Origin: Cetorhinus maximus
Taxonomy: Eukaryota
Assembly: GCF_964194155.1 (NCBI RefSeq)
Contig: NC_135892.1
Location: forward strand, 3,472,001-3,536,000
DNA length: 64,000 nucleotides
Direction: 5' to 3'
A model generated the notes under the pieces. It saw only the letters and a program-made list of their open reading frames with translations, was not told where the DNA came from and did no database searches. Of this stretch, positions 11,261 through 22,790 are shown in pieces. The number at the start of each line of letters is the position of its first letter. Positions within the stretch are counted from its first letter, which is position 1. Position numbers and translations under genes: made by a program.

Positions 11261-12397
11261 ATGAACACGCGTAAACTGCAGCTGCCTTCGGACGGGGACA
11301 TGAGCGCCTGGGGCAGTTTTTGGAACCAGTCGGACTTGGTCACGGATTTGCCCTCCAACGACTCCCTGGGCTCAGTGCAGGGGGACCGGGACGCCAGGAT
11401 GGTGGTCATCCAGTTCATTTACGCCATCGTGTGCCTGATCGGGCTGGTGGGCAACTCCATGGTCATCTTCGTCATCCTCCGCTACGGCAAGATGAAAACG
11501 GCCACCAACATCTACATCCTCAACCTGGCCATAGCGGACGAGCTCTTCATGCTGAGTGTCCCCTTCCTGTCGGCCTCGGCCGCTCTCCAGCGCTGGCCCT
11601 TCGGTTCGCTCATGTGCCGGACGGTGCTGAGTGTGGATGGCATCAACCAATTCACCAGTGTCTTCTGCCTCACCGTGCTGAGCGTGGACAGGTACGTGGC
11701 CGTGGTCCACCCCATCAAGGCGGCCAGGTACAGGAGACCCACCGTGGCCAAGATCATCAACCTCTGCGTCTGGCTCCTCTCCCTCATTGTCATCCTGCCC
11801 ATCATCATCTTCGCTGGCATCGCGCCCACCCGGGACGGCGGCGTGGTCTGCAACTTCCTCTGGCCCCAGCCCTCCTGGTCGGTGGCTTTTGTCATCTACA
11901 CCTTCCTCCTGGGCTTCCTCATCCCCGTCTTCGCCATCTGCCTCTGCTACGTCCTCATCATCCTCAAGATGAGGGTGGTGGCCCTCAAGGCCGGTTGGCA
12001 GCAGCGCCGGCGCTCCGAGAAGAAGATCACCCGCATGGTCCTCATGGTGGTGACCGTCTTTGTCATTTGCTGGATGCCCTTCTACGTCGTGCAGCTGGCC
12101 AACGTCTTTCTGTCCCGCCTGGACACCACGGTCACCCACCTGTGCGTGATCCTCAGCTATGCCAACAGCTGTGCCAACCCCATCCTCTACGGCTTCCTCT
12201 CAGACAATTTCAAGAGGTCCTTCCAGAGGATTTTGTGCTTTCGCTGGCTGGAGAACGGCACCGAGGAGCCGGTGGACTATTATGCTACTGCCCTAAAGAG
12301 CAAAGCTTGCAATCCGCTGGATTTTCAGCCAGAACACATTGCCTCTGACCCCGTTTACAGGAACGGTACTTGCACCTCAAGAACAACCATGTTATAA
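11261..12397 (+). CDS. SSTR4: Somatostatin receptor type 4 (intronless class A GPCR, 378 aa from ATG 11261; alternative ATG at 11300)
   Basis: 7TM with [63 protein letters not shown] and [13 protein letters not shown]4-like short ECL2 ([11 protein letters not shown]). Sits next to THBD and CD93 as human SSTR4 does. The listed ORF start at 11132 is a GTG. Confidence 0.9.
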   Translation: MNTRKLQLPSDGDMSAWGSFWNQSDLVTDLPSNDSLGSVQGDRDARMVVIQFIYAIVCLIGLVGNSMVIFVILRYGKMKTATNIYILNLAIADELFMLSVPFLSASAALQRWPFGSLMCRTVLSVDGINQFTSVFCLTVLSVDRYVAVVHPIKAARYRRPTVAKIINLCVWLLSLIVILPIIIFAGIAPTRDGGVVCNFLWPQPSWSVAFVIYTFLLGFLIPVFAICLCYVLIILKMRVVALKAGWQQRRRSEKKITRMVLMVVTVFVICWMPFYVVQLANVFLSRLDTTVTHLCVILSYANSCANPILYGFLSDNFKRSFQRILCFRWLENGTEEPVDYYATALKSKACNPLDFQPEHIASDPVYRNGTCTSRTTML

Positions 12398-13694
12398 ATA
12401 TATACAGAACTATTCTATTACCTCTTGACTTTTTTTAAAAAAAGAAAACAGCTTAAATATATTTTACTAACGATTAGTCAATTATTGTCGCGTTCATCAT
12501 CATTGTTACAACTGTAAGCATCAGATGATAGTGGTTAGTGTCCAGTAGTTAATACAGTGTGCCCCTTGTTGCCTTCCCAGTGTGTCTTTCTCTCCCTCTC
12601 TCGCCAACCATTAATGTGGGCTGCATCGACAACCTGGCGTTCCACTGTTAAGGAGTTAACCTAGTGTTGCTGTCCATCAAGTTTAATTGAGCTCTCAAGA
12701 TAGTCTCTGCAAGATAGACCAGGCACACCAATAAGCGGGACCACACAGTTGCGAGGTTCGATCCCAAGGCACAATCACTAAATGCTGTGCGCTGAATGAA
12801 GTCTAGTTGTTGCTATAGCACCGATCTGTATATCGAAGTGACGGGGCTGACGGAGTGCATTCTACTTTCTAAGCAGGAAACCCGCAATATTGACTGCACA
12901 CAAGATCAAAATTGGAATGGTTGTAAGAATAGTTCACCGGTTATCTTTTTGTGCTATACGCAGGGGAATGGCCTCCAAATGGGCAGTGCATACTTCACCC
13001 CAACAGGTCATAGTCTGTACTATTCCCCAATTTCGCCATTCAAGGTGGGTCATTGCTCGATTATGTCAAATGGTGGACCATGGTGAAAGCCATGTTCTCA
13101 CATATCACCGTACCTCACCTCTAACACTGTAATCACAGCGTCACACACTCAGTGTGCTTCTGTGATCTTCTAATATTCAAAGTACAGAGTGGGCAATTCT
13201 GAAGGCTGACAGCTTTATCACATCAAAGTGTCTCCATTTAAACAAAAATATATATTGTTTTGAGGATGAAAAGCAGAAGAGTGTCCCTACAATGCGTCAG
13301 CTCAAAGATGTGTACAAAGTTTAGAAATTGTAACATGTAATTAGACAGTTAAAATGAAGTAACATGGAGCGAGTGAACTGAGGGCAACATTTGATGTGAG
13401 CACAAAATATGCTGGGGTGGAAGAGAAAGATTAGCCCTTATGATGTACTGTACTTTCACCCAGGCTTGAAAATCCGCAGCTGTTAGTCAAAATGTAATGA
13501 TATTCAGCTTAAAGGTACACTCTTGGCTGTCATAAACAAAATCTCCACATTTGACTTATTGCTAATCCTAAAGAGAACCATTGCACCCTTATACAAAGTT
13601 GCATTTAAAAATAAAAGTGCAGATTGGGTGTTGAGTGACACACCGGCGTAGGAATTGCTGCTTGTTATGTTATTGTACAAACAGCTAACATATA

Positions 13695-14090
13695 CGTATC
13701 AGGACAACCTTGGGTCATTCCCAAATCCTTTACAGCCACCTGCCTGCTTTAGAAGTGTAGTCACTGCTGTAGGGGAACAAGGCAGCTAGATTGTGAACAG
13801 CAATATCCCACAGCAGCAATTAAATAAATGACAAGATCATCCGATTTTGCTGTTCCGTGACAGATGTTAGAGAGACATCTCTGCCTTGGGATCTGAACAT
13901 GCACCGGAAGAGCAAACTGAGCCTTGGTTTCACGGCTCATCCAAAAGGCAGCGCCTTTGACAGTGCAGCATGCCCTCAGTGCTCACTGAAGTGCCAGCCT
14001 AGAATACCTGCTGCACATCTCCGGAGTGGGGCTTAAACACTTGGCCTTCCAGTTTAGATGTGAGAGCACTACCACTGGGTCAAGGCTGAA
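13695..14090 (-). mobile_element. Diverged Deu-domain SINE (SacSINE1/AmnSINE-like)
   Basis: Reverse-complement similarity to the 14418-14862 copy (gaagtgtagtcactg, tgggatct, cagtgcagca, ggagtgggg). Confidence 0.7.
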
Positions 14091-14417
14091 CCCTAACTTG
14101 GCTATTTAATGGAAGAGTTACTTACTTAAAATAAAATTACATTTTATTGGGCAACAAAATATCTTTCAAGAACATGTGCACATTGATCATGGATGGAATG
14201 TAAAGTCAGAGGAAAGAGTTGAAAATTTTTCCCACTCATTGTGAGATTAATAGAGATATGTAGATTAAGTGGGTGAGCAAAGGAAAATAGAAGATTTATA
14301 AATATGCACTACAGTATACATTATCTATTATATATACTTTTAAGTTCCGTGACTCACCACATAGGAAATCAATTCGTTGTGATAATATAAATGGAGATTT
14401 TGCTAGCTGTAGAGCAT

Positions 14418-14862
14418 TAGTGGTGGTTCAGTGGGTTGGATGTTTGCCTATTGAGACAGAAAGTGTGGGTTCCATTCCCACTCCAGACACCTTTGTATAA
14501 AAATCTAGGCTGACATTCTGGTTCATTACATAATGAGCATTGGAAGTGTTGTCCTTCTGATGAGGTGTTAAATTAAGGCCCTCTCAGGCCAACATTAAAG
14601 ATCCCATGATGCGACTCCAAAGAAGAGCACAGGAGCTAATCCTGATGTCCTGGCTAAAATATATCACTCAACCAACACCACAAAAATGGATTATCTTGTC
14701 ATCATCTCTTGCCGTTAGTGCAACCTTGCTGTGTACAAATTGGTTGCCACATTTCCTACATTATAACAGTGACTACACTTCAAAAGTACTTAATTGGCAG
14801 TAAAGCACATTGGGGCATCCCAAGATTATGAAAGACACTATATAAATGCAAGCCTTTCTTTA
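14418..14862 (+). mobile_element. Deu-domain SINE (SacSINE1/AmnSINE-like), near full length
   Basis: tRNA-like head (gtggttcagtggg..ggttccattccc), core aaagatcccatg..gaagagca..gtcctggc, tail ctatataaatgcaagcctttctt. Confidence 0.8.
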
Positions 14863-15898
14863 TTAGCTTGTTGCACACCGAATTCATTAGGTTGTACCCG
14901 TTTCTCAAGGCACTTTGTTAACCCAGACAGTTAAATTGAAAATACTAAAATTGTGCCTTTGCACATATGCTGAGTTGTGTCTATTTCTGATTCAAAGGTT
15001 AATTTATTTTGTTCATTTTCCTGCTTTATATGGAAATGTGAAGGAATAATTACTTGAGCATCGTAGAAGATTTTGACTTTTCCTTTTTGATTTCAGTGTT
15101 TGCATTAAAATGTAATACAATTGTTGCATATTACCTGGGAAAATGACATCATTTACAGTCTTAGCATATGTATAGTTCATACTGTGTATGTGGTTCAAGT
15201 AAATATGTTGGTAAAACTTGATTAATTTAAAAAGTTTGAGATAAAAACAAATGCAGTCAATGTTTCTAAATTGCTCTCAGCTCCTTCATTTGACAGGTTA
15301 AGTCACGGGTTTCAAACAAGAGTTAACCATTATTTATTTTGAAACCTATGTTGTGAAAGATTCTGAAAGGCAAAGTATCTTGCAGGTTATTAAACAATAT
15401 AATTCTTTCTGTTTGATAATCATCACAAATAATAAAAGGTGGCTGCAGAAACAGTCTCAATTTCTCTTTCTTTTCTACCTATAAATATACCATCTGGGAT
15501 TCAGTAACAATAGTAAACAGTAAAGAGTAGTAGGGCACATTCTTTGAACGGACAATAACTGTGAAGTCAACAAGGCAGTCATTTCTATGGGATCCCTGCT
15601 TTATATATCAAAAGTATAAAAATGAAGGGCACTCTGTGGTGTCAGTCCTTCTAATAATGTATACTGTTAAGTTAGTGAGTGGAGTTGGTAAGTTTTGAGG
15701 CTGCTGATTTGACACATTTGGTAGCAGTCTTACATCTAAATCAAAAGGCTGTGGATGCTAGCAACAGCAATGCTGCTGCCAAGGATTTGAAGGTATACCA
15801 AGCTGACACTTCAATGCAGTACTGAGAAGCACTGTATTGTCAGAAGTGTAGTGGTCGAAATCCATGTATGCCAGTAGAGCAAGGGTATCACAGCTGTT

Positions 15899-17576
15899 TT
15901 GAACCCTAGCTTCATCCAAGATCCACATATTTGCATTTCTATCAGAGTTCACTCAATAGTGATCAAGAGAGAGCAACAAGGACGATTTTCCCCAACCCCT
16001 CCAGAGCGAAGGAACCACAAGGAATCTGAGTGAGCAAAAACACTTTCTACAAAGTATTTCAACACCGACGTGACTTACCATTATGTTCTCCCTTGCATTA
16101 ATTTGAATCTTAGAATGATCAACTTGCAGAAATGTAGTTTAAAGTAAATGATCAAGTGCTGGCGTGAATAATGTTCCTCTAATATCTAGCTCAAAGCAGC
16201 AAACTGCTGTCACTTCATCTATGTAATAAGAATTTTAATATTTCAAAAGATGTAGGATTATTCTTGAAATCTGAAAAGTTTGTTCCCATGGCTGTTTTCC
16301 ACTCCCAAATTCTAATAAAACTACAATAAAGCACAATAAATGATTTGCCCGCTTCCTGCTGTGCAGTTTCAGCACTGTAATATAATTTGTATGAGTGCTT
16401 TTACGATGTGACCTGCCTTGAGGAGTGTACATTGGGAAATCACAGGCACATTCCCCAGGATGTCTTATTCATTTTTGAGAGTGCATATCAGAAAAATGCA
16501 TTTGTAATACCTGCAATTTTATATTCATTGATGCAAAGTCATGGAGAGTGCTTCTGTGATTCTCTGACGTGCACATCATTCTACTCTGGGAACACACATG
16601 ATACAATTTATCCTTACATTTGTAGACTGAGAGTTGTCATATGTGATGTCAATCTCAGGGGGGCATGTTGGTGCAGTGCATTGAAACTCTTTAGTGGTGA
16701 GATAGGATGTGAGTCCCCACATGGTGAACAGTTGATCTCAGCTGCGTCATCCCAGGAGTGAGCTAAACAGAGGCAAACCACTGACAGCTCTAGTTTTGGC
16801 AATCATGGTCTTGGTTTTACAGGGCCTACAGGAGCAGGATAGGTAGGGGTGTAGGTGGGGCCAAAGAATCCTGAGGGAGCGCAGTGGGTGTCATGCCTGT
16901 TGCCTTCCTGTTGCCATGGCGTTTTGCCAGCGGTGGGGAAGGTGGCAGATGGACCTTCCCACCCAGCGGCCAATTGAGCCACTTAAGTGCCAATTGGACA
17001 GCAGCTCTTGGAGATGGGATCTTGTCTCTTAAGGGGAAGGGAACCTCACAGCAGCTCATTAGCTGCCTGATAGACATAAAATCCAGTGGGGGCTCCCTCA
17101 AACAGTCAGGTTGCCCCTGACTTTCTGCCCTGTCATCGGGGTCACCGCCACCTAGACAAATCCCAGCCCATGTGTGAGTCTAGCCAGAGTGTTATTAGGG
17201 TATTCAACCTTAGAAGGCATCACAGGTGATTTGAACCCGAGCTTCACCTGAGATTCACGTACTTGCATTTCTAACAGAAGTCACTCAATAGTGATCAAGA
17301 GAGGGGGTAATATGGCTGATTTTCCCCCACCCTTCCAGGGCTAATGAATCAGTGCAAGGAATCTAAATGAACAACACTTTCTACAGAGTATTTCAACATC
17401 AATGTGGTTTGCCATATGTTCTCCATCACATTGGTTTGAATTTTACAATAATCAACTTGCGGAAATGTGATTTAAAGTAAAATATAAAGTGCTGGCAAAA
17501 TTTGGTGCAAATAATGTCCCTCTAATATCTAGCTCATAATATTAAACTGCTGCCACTTTATCTATGCAATAAGAAT
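15899..17576 (+). repeat. Two diverged direct copies of a ~340-bp sequence (15899-16234 and 17231-17576)
   Basis: Shared blocks tcactcaatagtgatcaagagag, acactttctaca.agtatttcaaca and cctctaatatctagctca. Confidence 0.9.
16806..17170. mobile_element. Probable degenerate Harbinger-type MITE
   Basis: Weak TIRs (ggtcttggtttt / aaatcccagccc) and an internal palindrome ccaattgagccacttaagtgccaattgg. Confidence 0.45.
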
Positions 17577-18179
17577 GAAAATAAAAAATAATATTTTTTT
17601 GTTTATCTACTTCCAGTCATGAATTAATTTCAAGCTGGCCATGGCAGCCTCATGTGAGCGGAGGGCGAGGGGCTGGGCAAGATTCCTGCTTGGTCACTTT
17701 GTGTGAGTGGCATCATAAGCATAACAGAATTGTCTGCACTTGTTATATCCAGTGAAACTATGGATGCAACCTTAAAGAACAGCATAATGATTTTATGTGA
17801 AATAGCAGCAAGCTAGGGTACAATGTGATGGTACCTCTTGCTGGTGGGTGTTAACAACTCAATTTGTTATCTTTGTCTTATATATCTTGTTTTTACTCTA
17901 CAGTGTGTTGACACCATTAACACAAAGGAATATTTTCTGCTGCCAAATTTCTGACAACTGAAGTACTAAAAAATAATGATGATGAGAATCACCTTTGTTG
18001 GCAATTTTTTTCGATGACTGTGTATTCTGACAGACAATGGCTCCATTTGTATTATCAAATTTCTGACAGAAGACAGTTAATTATCCCTCCAAAATATTAA
18101 TACTTTCTGTCAGGTGAATGGAAAGCTATTGAAATCTGTTTTTCAACGTGGATGAAATCACATTTGAAACAGTGTTTTA

Positions 18180-19982
18180 CCAATACATTAATGCTAAAAG
18201 GTTAGTTAAGGAAAAAGTGGGACCTATCAGAGATGAAGATAGAAACTTGTGTGTAGATGCAGAGGCTGTGGGAAGGGTTTTGAATTAATATTTTGTCTCC
18301 GTGTTTACAAAGGAAAGGGAGGATGTAGATATAGTAGTCCAGGTGGAACACTGTGAGATATTGGATGGGATAGTTATAAAGACTCGAAAGGTTGAAATCC
18401 TTGAAAGTTGATAAGTCGCCAGGGCCAGATGGATTGTTTCTGAGGCTGCTGAAGGAAGTCAGGGAGGAGATAGCAGATGCTCTGAGGATGATTTTCCAAA
18501 CTTCACTAGATACAGGGGAGATACCGGAGGACTGGAGAAATGCAAACATAGTTCCATTGTTTAAAAAGGGATCAAAGGAAATGCCAAACAATTATAGGCC
18601 AGTTAGTCTTACGTCGGTGGTGAGCAAATTAGTAGAATCAATCCTGAGAGATAGGATTAACTGTCATGTGGAAAGGCATGGACTAGTCAGGGATGGTCAG
18701 CATGGATTTGTTAAAGGAAGGTCTTGCCTCACAAATTTGATTGAATTCTTTGAGGAAGTGACAAGAAGGGTTGATGAAGGTAGTGCGATGGATGTTGCGT
18801 ACATGGATTTTAGCAAGGCATTTGACAAGGTCGCACATGGCAGATTGGTCAGGAAAGTAAAAGCCCATGGGATTCAGGGTAATGTGACAAACTGGATAAA
18901 AGGTTGGCGTTGTAACAGGAAACAAAGGGTAATGGCCGACGGATGCCCTTGCGAATGGAAAATTGTCTCAAGTGGTGTTCCACAGGGCTCGGTGTTGGGA
19001 CCCTTGCTGTTTGTGTTATGTATTAATGATTTGGATGTGAACGTGGGGGGCACAATTAGGAAATTTGCAGATGACACGAAGATTGGCCGAGTAGTGGATA
19101 GTGTAGAGGATAGCCATAATCTCCAAAACGATATAGATGAGTTGGTGGAGTGGGCAGTAAAGTGGATTTTAACATAGAGAAGTGTGAGGTCGTACATTTA
19201 GGGAGGTCAAACAGTTACAGGGATTACACAATAAATGGGAATATACTAAGAGGGGTAGATGAAGTGAGAGATCTTGGCGTACAAGTACACAGGTCCCTGA
19301 AGGCAACAGTTCAAGTAGACAAGGTTGTAAAGAAGGCATATGGAATCCTTTCCTTCATTGGCAGAGGCACAGAATATAAAAGTAAGGATATAATGTTGGA
19401 ATTGTATAAAACACTGGTGAGGCCACAACTGGAGTATTGTATGCAGTTCTGGTCACCACGTTACAGGAAGGACGTAATAGCTCTGGAGAGAGTGCAGAGG
19501 AGGTTTACAAGAATGTTGTCAGGGTTAGAAAAGTGTTGCTACGAGGAGAGATTGGATAGGTTGGGGTTATTTTCCTTAGAACAAAGAAGGCTGAGAGGTG
19601 ACTTGATTAAGGTGTACAAAATTATGAGGGGAATAGATAGAGTGGACAGGATAAAATTGTTTCCCTTGATGGAGAATTCTAGAACCAGGGGACATAGATT
19701 CAAGAGAAGTGGCAGAAGGTGTAAGGGGGACATGAGGAAGAATTTTTTTACGCAGAGGGTAGTGGGTGTCTGGAATTCGCTGCCCAAGTTGGTGGTAGAG
19801 GCAGAAACTCTAAACTCTTTTAAAAAGTACCTGGATCTGCACCTTAAGTGCTGTAAACTGCAGGGCTATGGGCCGGGTGCAGGAAGGTGGGATTAGAAAG
19901 GGCACCTGGTTATCCTCGGGCTGGCATGGACAAGATGGGCTTCTGTGCTGTAACTTTTCTGTGGTTCTATGGTTCTATGGTT
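18180..19982 (+). mobile_element. 5'-truncated CR1 LINE with one frameshift in RT
   Basis: ORFs 18392..19177 and 19150..19896 (KSPGPDG, YMDFSKAFD, KFADDTK); (ctatggtt)n tail. Confidence 0.95.
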
Positions 19983-20764
19983 TTGCAAGCAATAACAATG
20001 TGAAAATAGCAATGATATTAATACCCAATTTATACCACCTCAAAATGTGATTTAGCTGGTATTTTGTACAATCCTTAAACTAAATAATTCTATTAAGACG
20101 AAGGTTTTATTTTGCAATCTGTATGTGAGGTCATGACCATAAGTAACGTGAGGTCTTCAGTTTAATTTTGCAATGTTTGCAGTACAACTGCAACAGTTAA
20201 AAACAACCTTTCTCAAAATTCTTGCAAAATTTCTTTCCACCACTTTCTCTTGTGAGGCAGTTAATTGATTTATTGCTAAATGTATTTCCATGGCAACAGT
20301 TGACCTTGTACAAATCGCAATTGCAGGAGCATTGACAGGCAGCAGTGACAACCATAAAGGCTTGCAGCAGGGCTGGTCCATAATTGCCAAAAGTGTGAAA
20401 CTTAGTTAATTTTGAAACTAACTTTCCAAAGTTCTTTCAAGCTCCTTAATGCTAACAGAGATCTGACAGGATAGCTAGCACTCCACTAAGGTTAAAATCT
20501 CAGTTGTTTGAATGTCAGTGAGAAAAGCTCTTTCTTTGTTTGCAAGCGCCCTTGCAAAATGTTCTGTTTTCCATTTCCAAAGATTGGCACGGGAGCTGAC
20601 AGTATAACTGGGTTCCCAAACCTTGTATCATGACCCAGTTAAAGAACTATCACTTGCAGTAATAGGATGTAGGTTTGTACTTTTATTAACCAGTTCTGAA
20701 TGTGTTAGCCATAACTGTTAGCTGCACTCCTCAGTAAACTTGCTCTAACTTTGTATCATAATTA

Positions 20765-21108
20765 GTCGTTTGGTAGTACAGGACTTGAGTATTGCTGAAA
20801 AAAGAGACATGTCGAATCTTTTCATCTTGCGCTCATCAGGACACTTCATAAGAATCCCAATCTAAGGGGAAAACAACGATTTATACTGTATGTGAAGAGA
20901 GTGCTGGTCAGTTGGAAAGTGGTGTTGCCATGGAGAATGCACCATTGATGGTGACTGACAGTTAACTACCATCAATGGTGTATTCTCTATGCCAATACCA
21001 CTTGCCAACCAATAATCATTCTCTTCACATGCAGTATAACTTATTGCTTTCCCCTTATATTGGCATTCTAGCGGCATTTTGATGGATGCAAGATGAGAAG
21101 CTTAGACA
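20765..21108. mobile_element. Non-coding Penelope-derived foldback element with hammerhead motifs at both ends
   Basis: Inverted arms ~20807-20952 and 20968-21111 around a 15-nt loop. TSD TGTATCATAATTA / TGTACCATAATTA at 20752-20764 and 21109-21121. Confidence 0.85.
20809..20844 (-). ncRNA. Minimal type-I hammerhead ribozyme motif
   Basis: Minus strand: gtgtc-CTGATGA-GCGCAAGAT-GAAA-AGAT-TC-gacat. Core boxes intact and helix I pairs; helix II is weak. Confidence 0.7.
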
Positions 21109-21874
21109 TGTACCATAATTATTATTCCTCCAGTGCTGATGTCTTCACTATTAACGACATGGAAAACTGCTTTTGGTGTCCACAAAAAGAACAGAAAAAG
21201 ACTGGATTAACTATAATTACATATATAAAGCATCTATCAAATTTCTCAGGAACATCTCAAAGCACTTGCACATATAGTGGGCTACATTGAAGTGATTCGA
21301 ATGGTATCGGGCCCGAGGACACTAAGCTACATAGGACAGCGACTGAAGTTATTTTAACTGCAGAATATAAAGACTGAGGGGCAAGGACCTGAATCAGATC
21401 ATCAAAATAAGAAAAGGTTATGGATCAGCTGGAAGCATGTTTCCTATCTACTTCCCCAAATTGTCCAGCCCACCCAAGTTAATAAAATGACTGTTGTTGC
21501 ATCCACCACCTCACTCTCCACAGCCAGTTCCTATTTCCAGTACTACTGCACATCAGCATGTCTGGAATGCTCTGTGTTTGAGAGTACACATGTACGGTGT
21601 TCTTGCACAAGTACTCACTTACTTCAAGCGCTAAAACTTGAAAAGCCCTTCATGTTTCAACTATGCAATACCAGGGTAAACTATGGGGTGCGATGGCGGG
21701 GGTGGTGGGGGGGAGGGGGGGCGGCCGTAGCATGGGGCAGTGGCGTGATGGGAATTTCATAAGAATGTAAAGTAGACATAGAAGGGGAAGAGGCTAGGAA
21801 GTCAAGGAAATTCGCTCCCACTGAATTGCATAGTTCCATGGTTGCCAGCAATCCTTTGGCACTATTCGCAATGA

Positions 21875-22265
21875 ACTTAAGAACATAAGAAATGGAGGTA
21901 AGAGTAGGCTATTTAGCAGCTTGAGCCTGCTTCTGCCATTTAATAAGATCATGATGGACTTGACTTCAACTCTCTTATCCTGCTCAATCCCCATATTTCT
22001 TGATTCCACTAGAGTCCAAATATTTATCAATCTCAGCCTCAAATAAACTCAACGACTGAGCATCCACAGCTCCTTGGGGTAGAGAATTCGAAAGATTCTG
22101 AGTGAAGATATTTTTCTTCATCTCAGTCCTAACTGGCTGACCCCTTATTTTGAAACTATGCCGCTTAGTTCTAGACTCTCCAGCCAGGGAAGTCAACCTC
22201 TCAGCTGCCAAGCTCCCTCAGAATTGTAAACGTTCTAATGAGATCATCTCGCAGTCTGCTAAACA
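21875..22265 (-). mobile_element. CR1 LINE 3' fragment
   Basis: ORF 21984..22211: GESRTKRHSFKIRGQPVRTEMKKNIFTQ; (cataagaa) tail. Confidence 0.85.
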
Positions 22266-22519
22266 CCGTAGGATATAAGTCCGTAAGGTGACCCTAAGCA
22301 ATGACTACCATAACTAAGCTTGAGCCTATTCTCACTTTATCTCCACGAATGCGCACTTTCTGACATTGATGGAAGTATGTATCTTGGTTGATATTTCTCC
22401 TTGTTGGGGACAATGAAGCTACTGATCTATCCCACAACTGCTCTGGCTGGGGCCTGTAAAACACCACTGTAAGAATTTTAGAATATACTCCAGCATTATG
22501 GTCAACCATATTACACTGC

Positions 22520-22790
22520 TAGCATTCTCATTTCTGAGTCGCAATCTTGTGAGTTGAAGTCTCATTTCATGAGACATGCGGGCATTAATAGGCTAATGCT
22601 CTAATGCAGCGATGAGAGAATGCTGCACTTTTGAAAATGCCATCTTTGAGATATTAAACGGAGGCCTTAACTTACCCTCTCAGATGGTTGTAAATGATCC
22701 ACCATTTTGGAGGCACATCAGTGTCCTAAGCCAATATTAATCCCTCAATCAACATTGCTAAAAATAGAAGTCTCCGTTCAATGTTGACTC
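22520..22790 (+). mobile_element. Degenerate Deu-domain SINE fragment
   Basis: gaatgctgcac..gccatctttgagatattaaacggaggcc..ctctcagatgg, similar to the 14418 copy. Confidence 0.55.

Noticed and set aside
11320-12348. Long alternative-frame and antisense ORFs over SSTR4 (342 aa, 255 aa)
   Set aside because: Expected shadows of high-GC3 coding sequence; no domain features.
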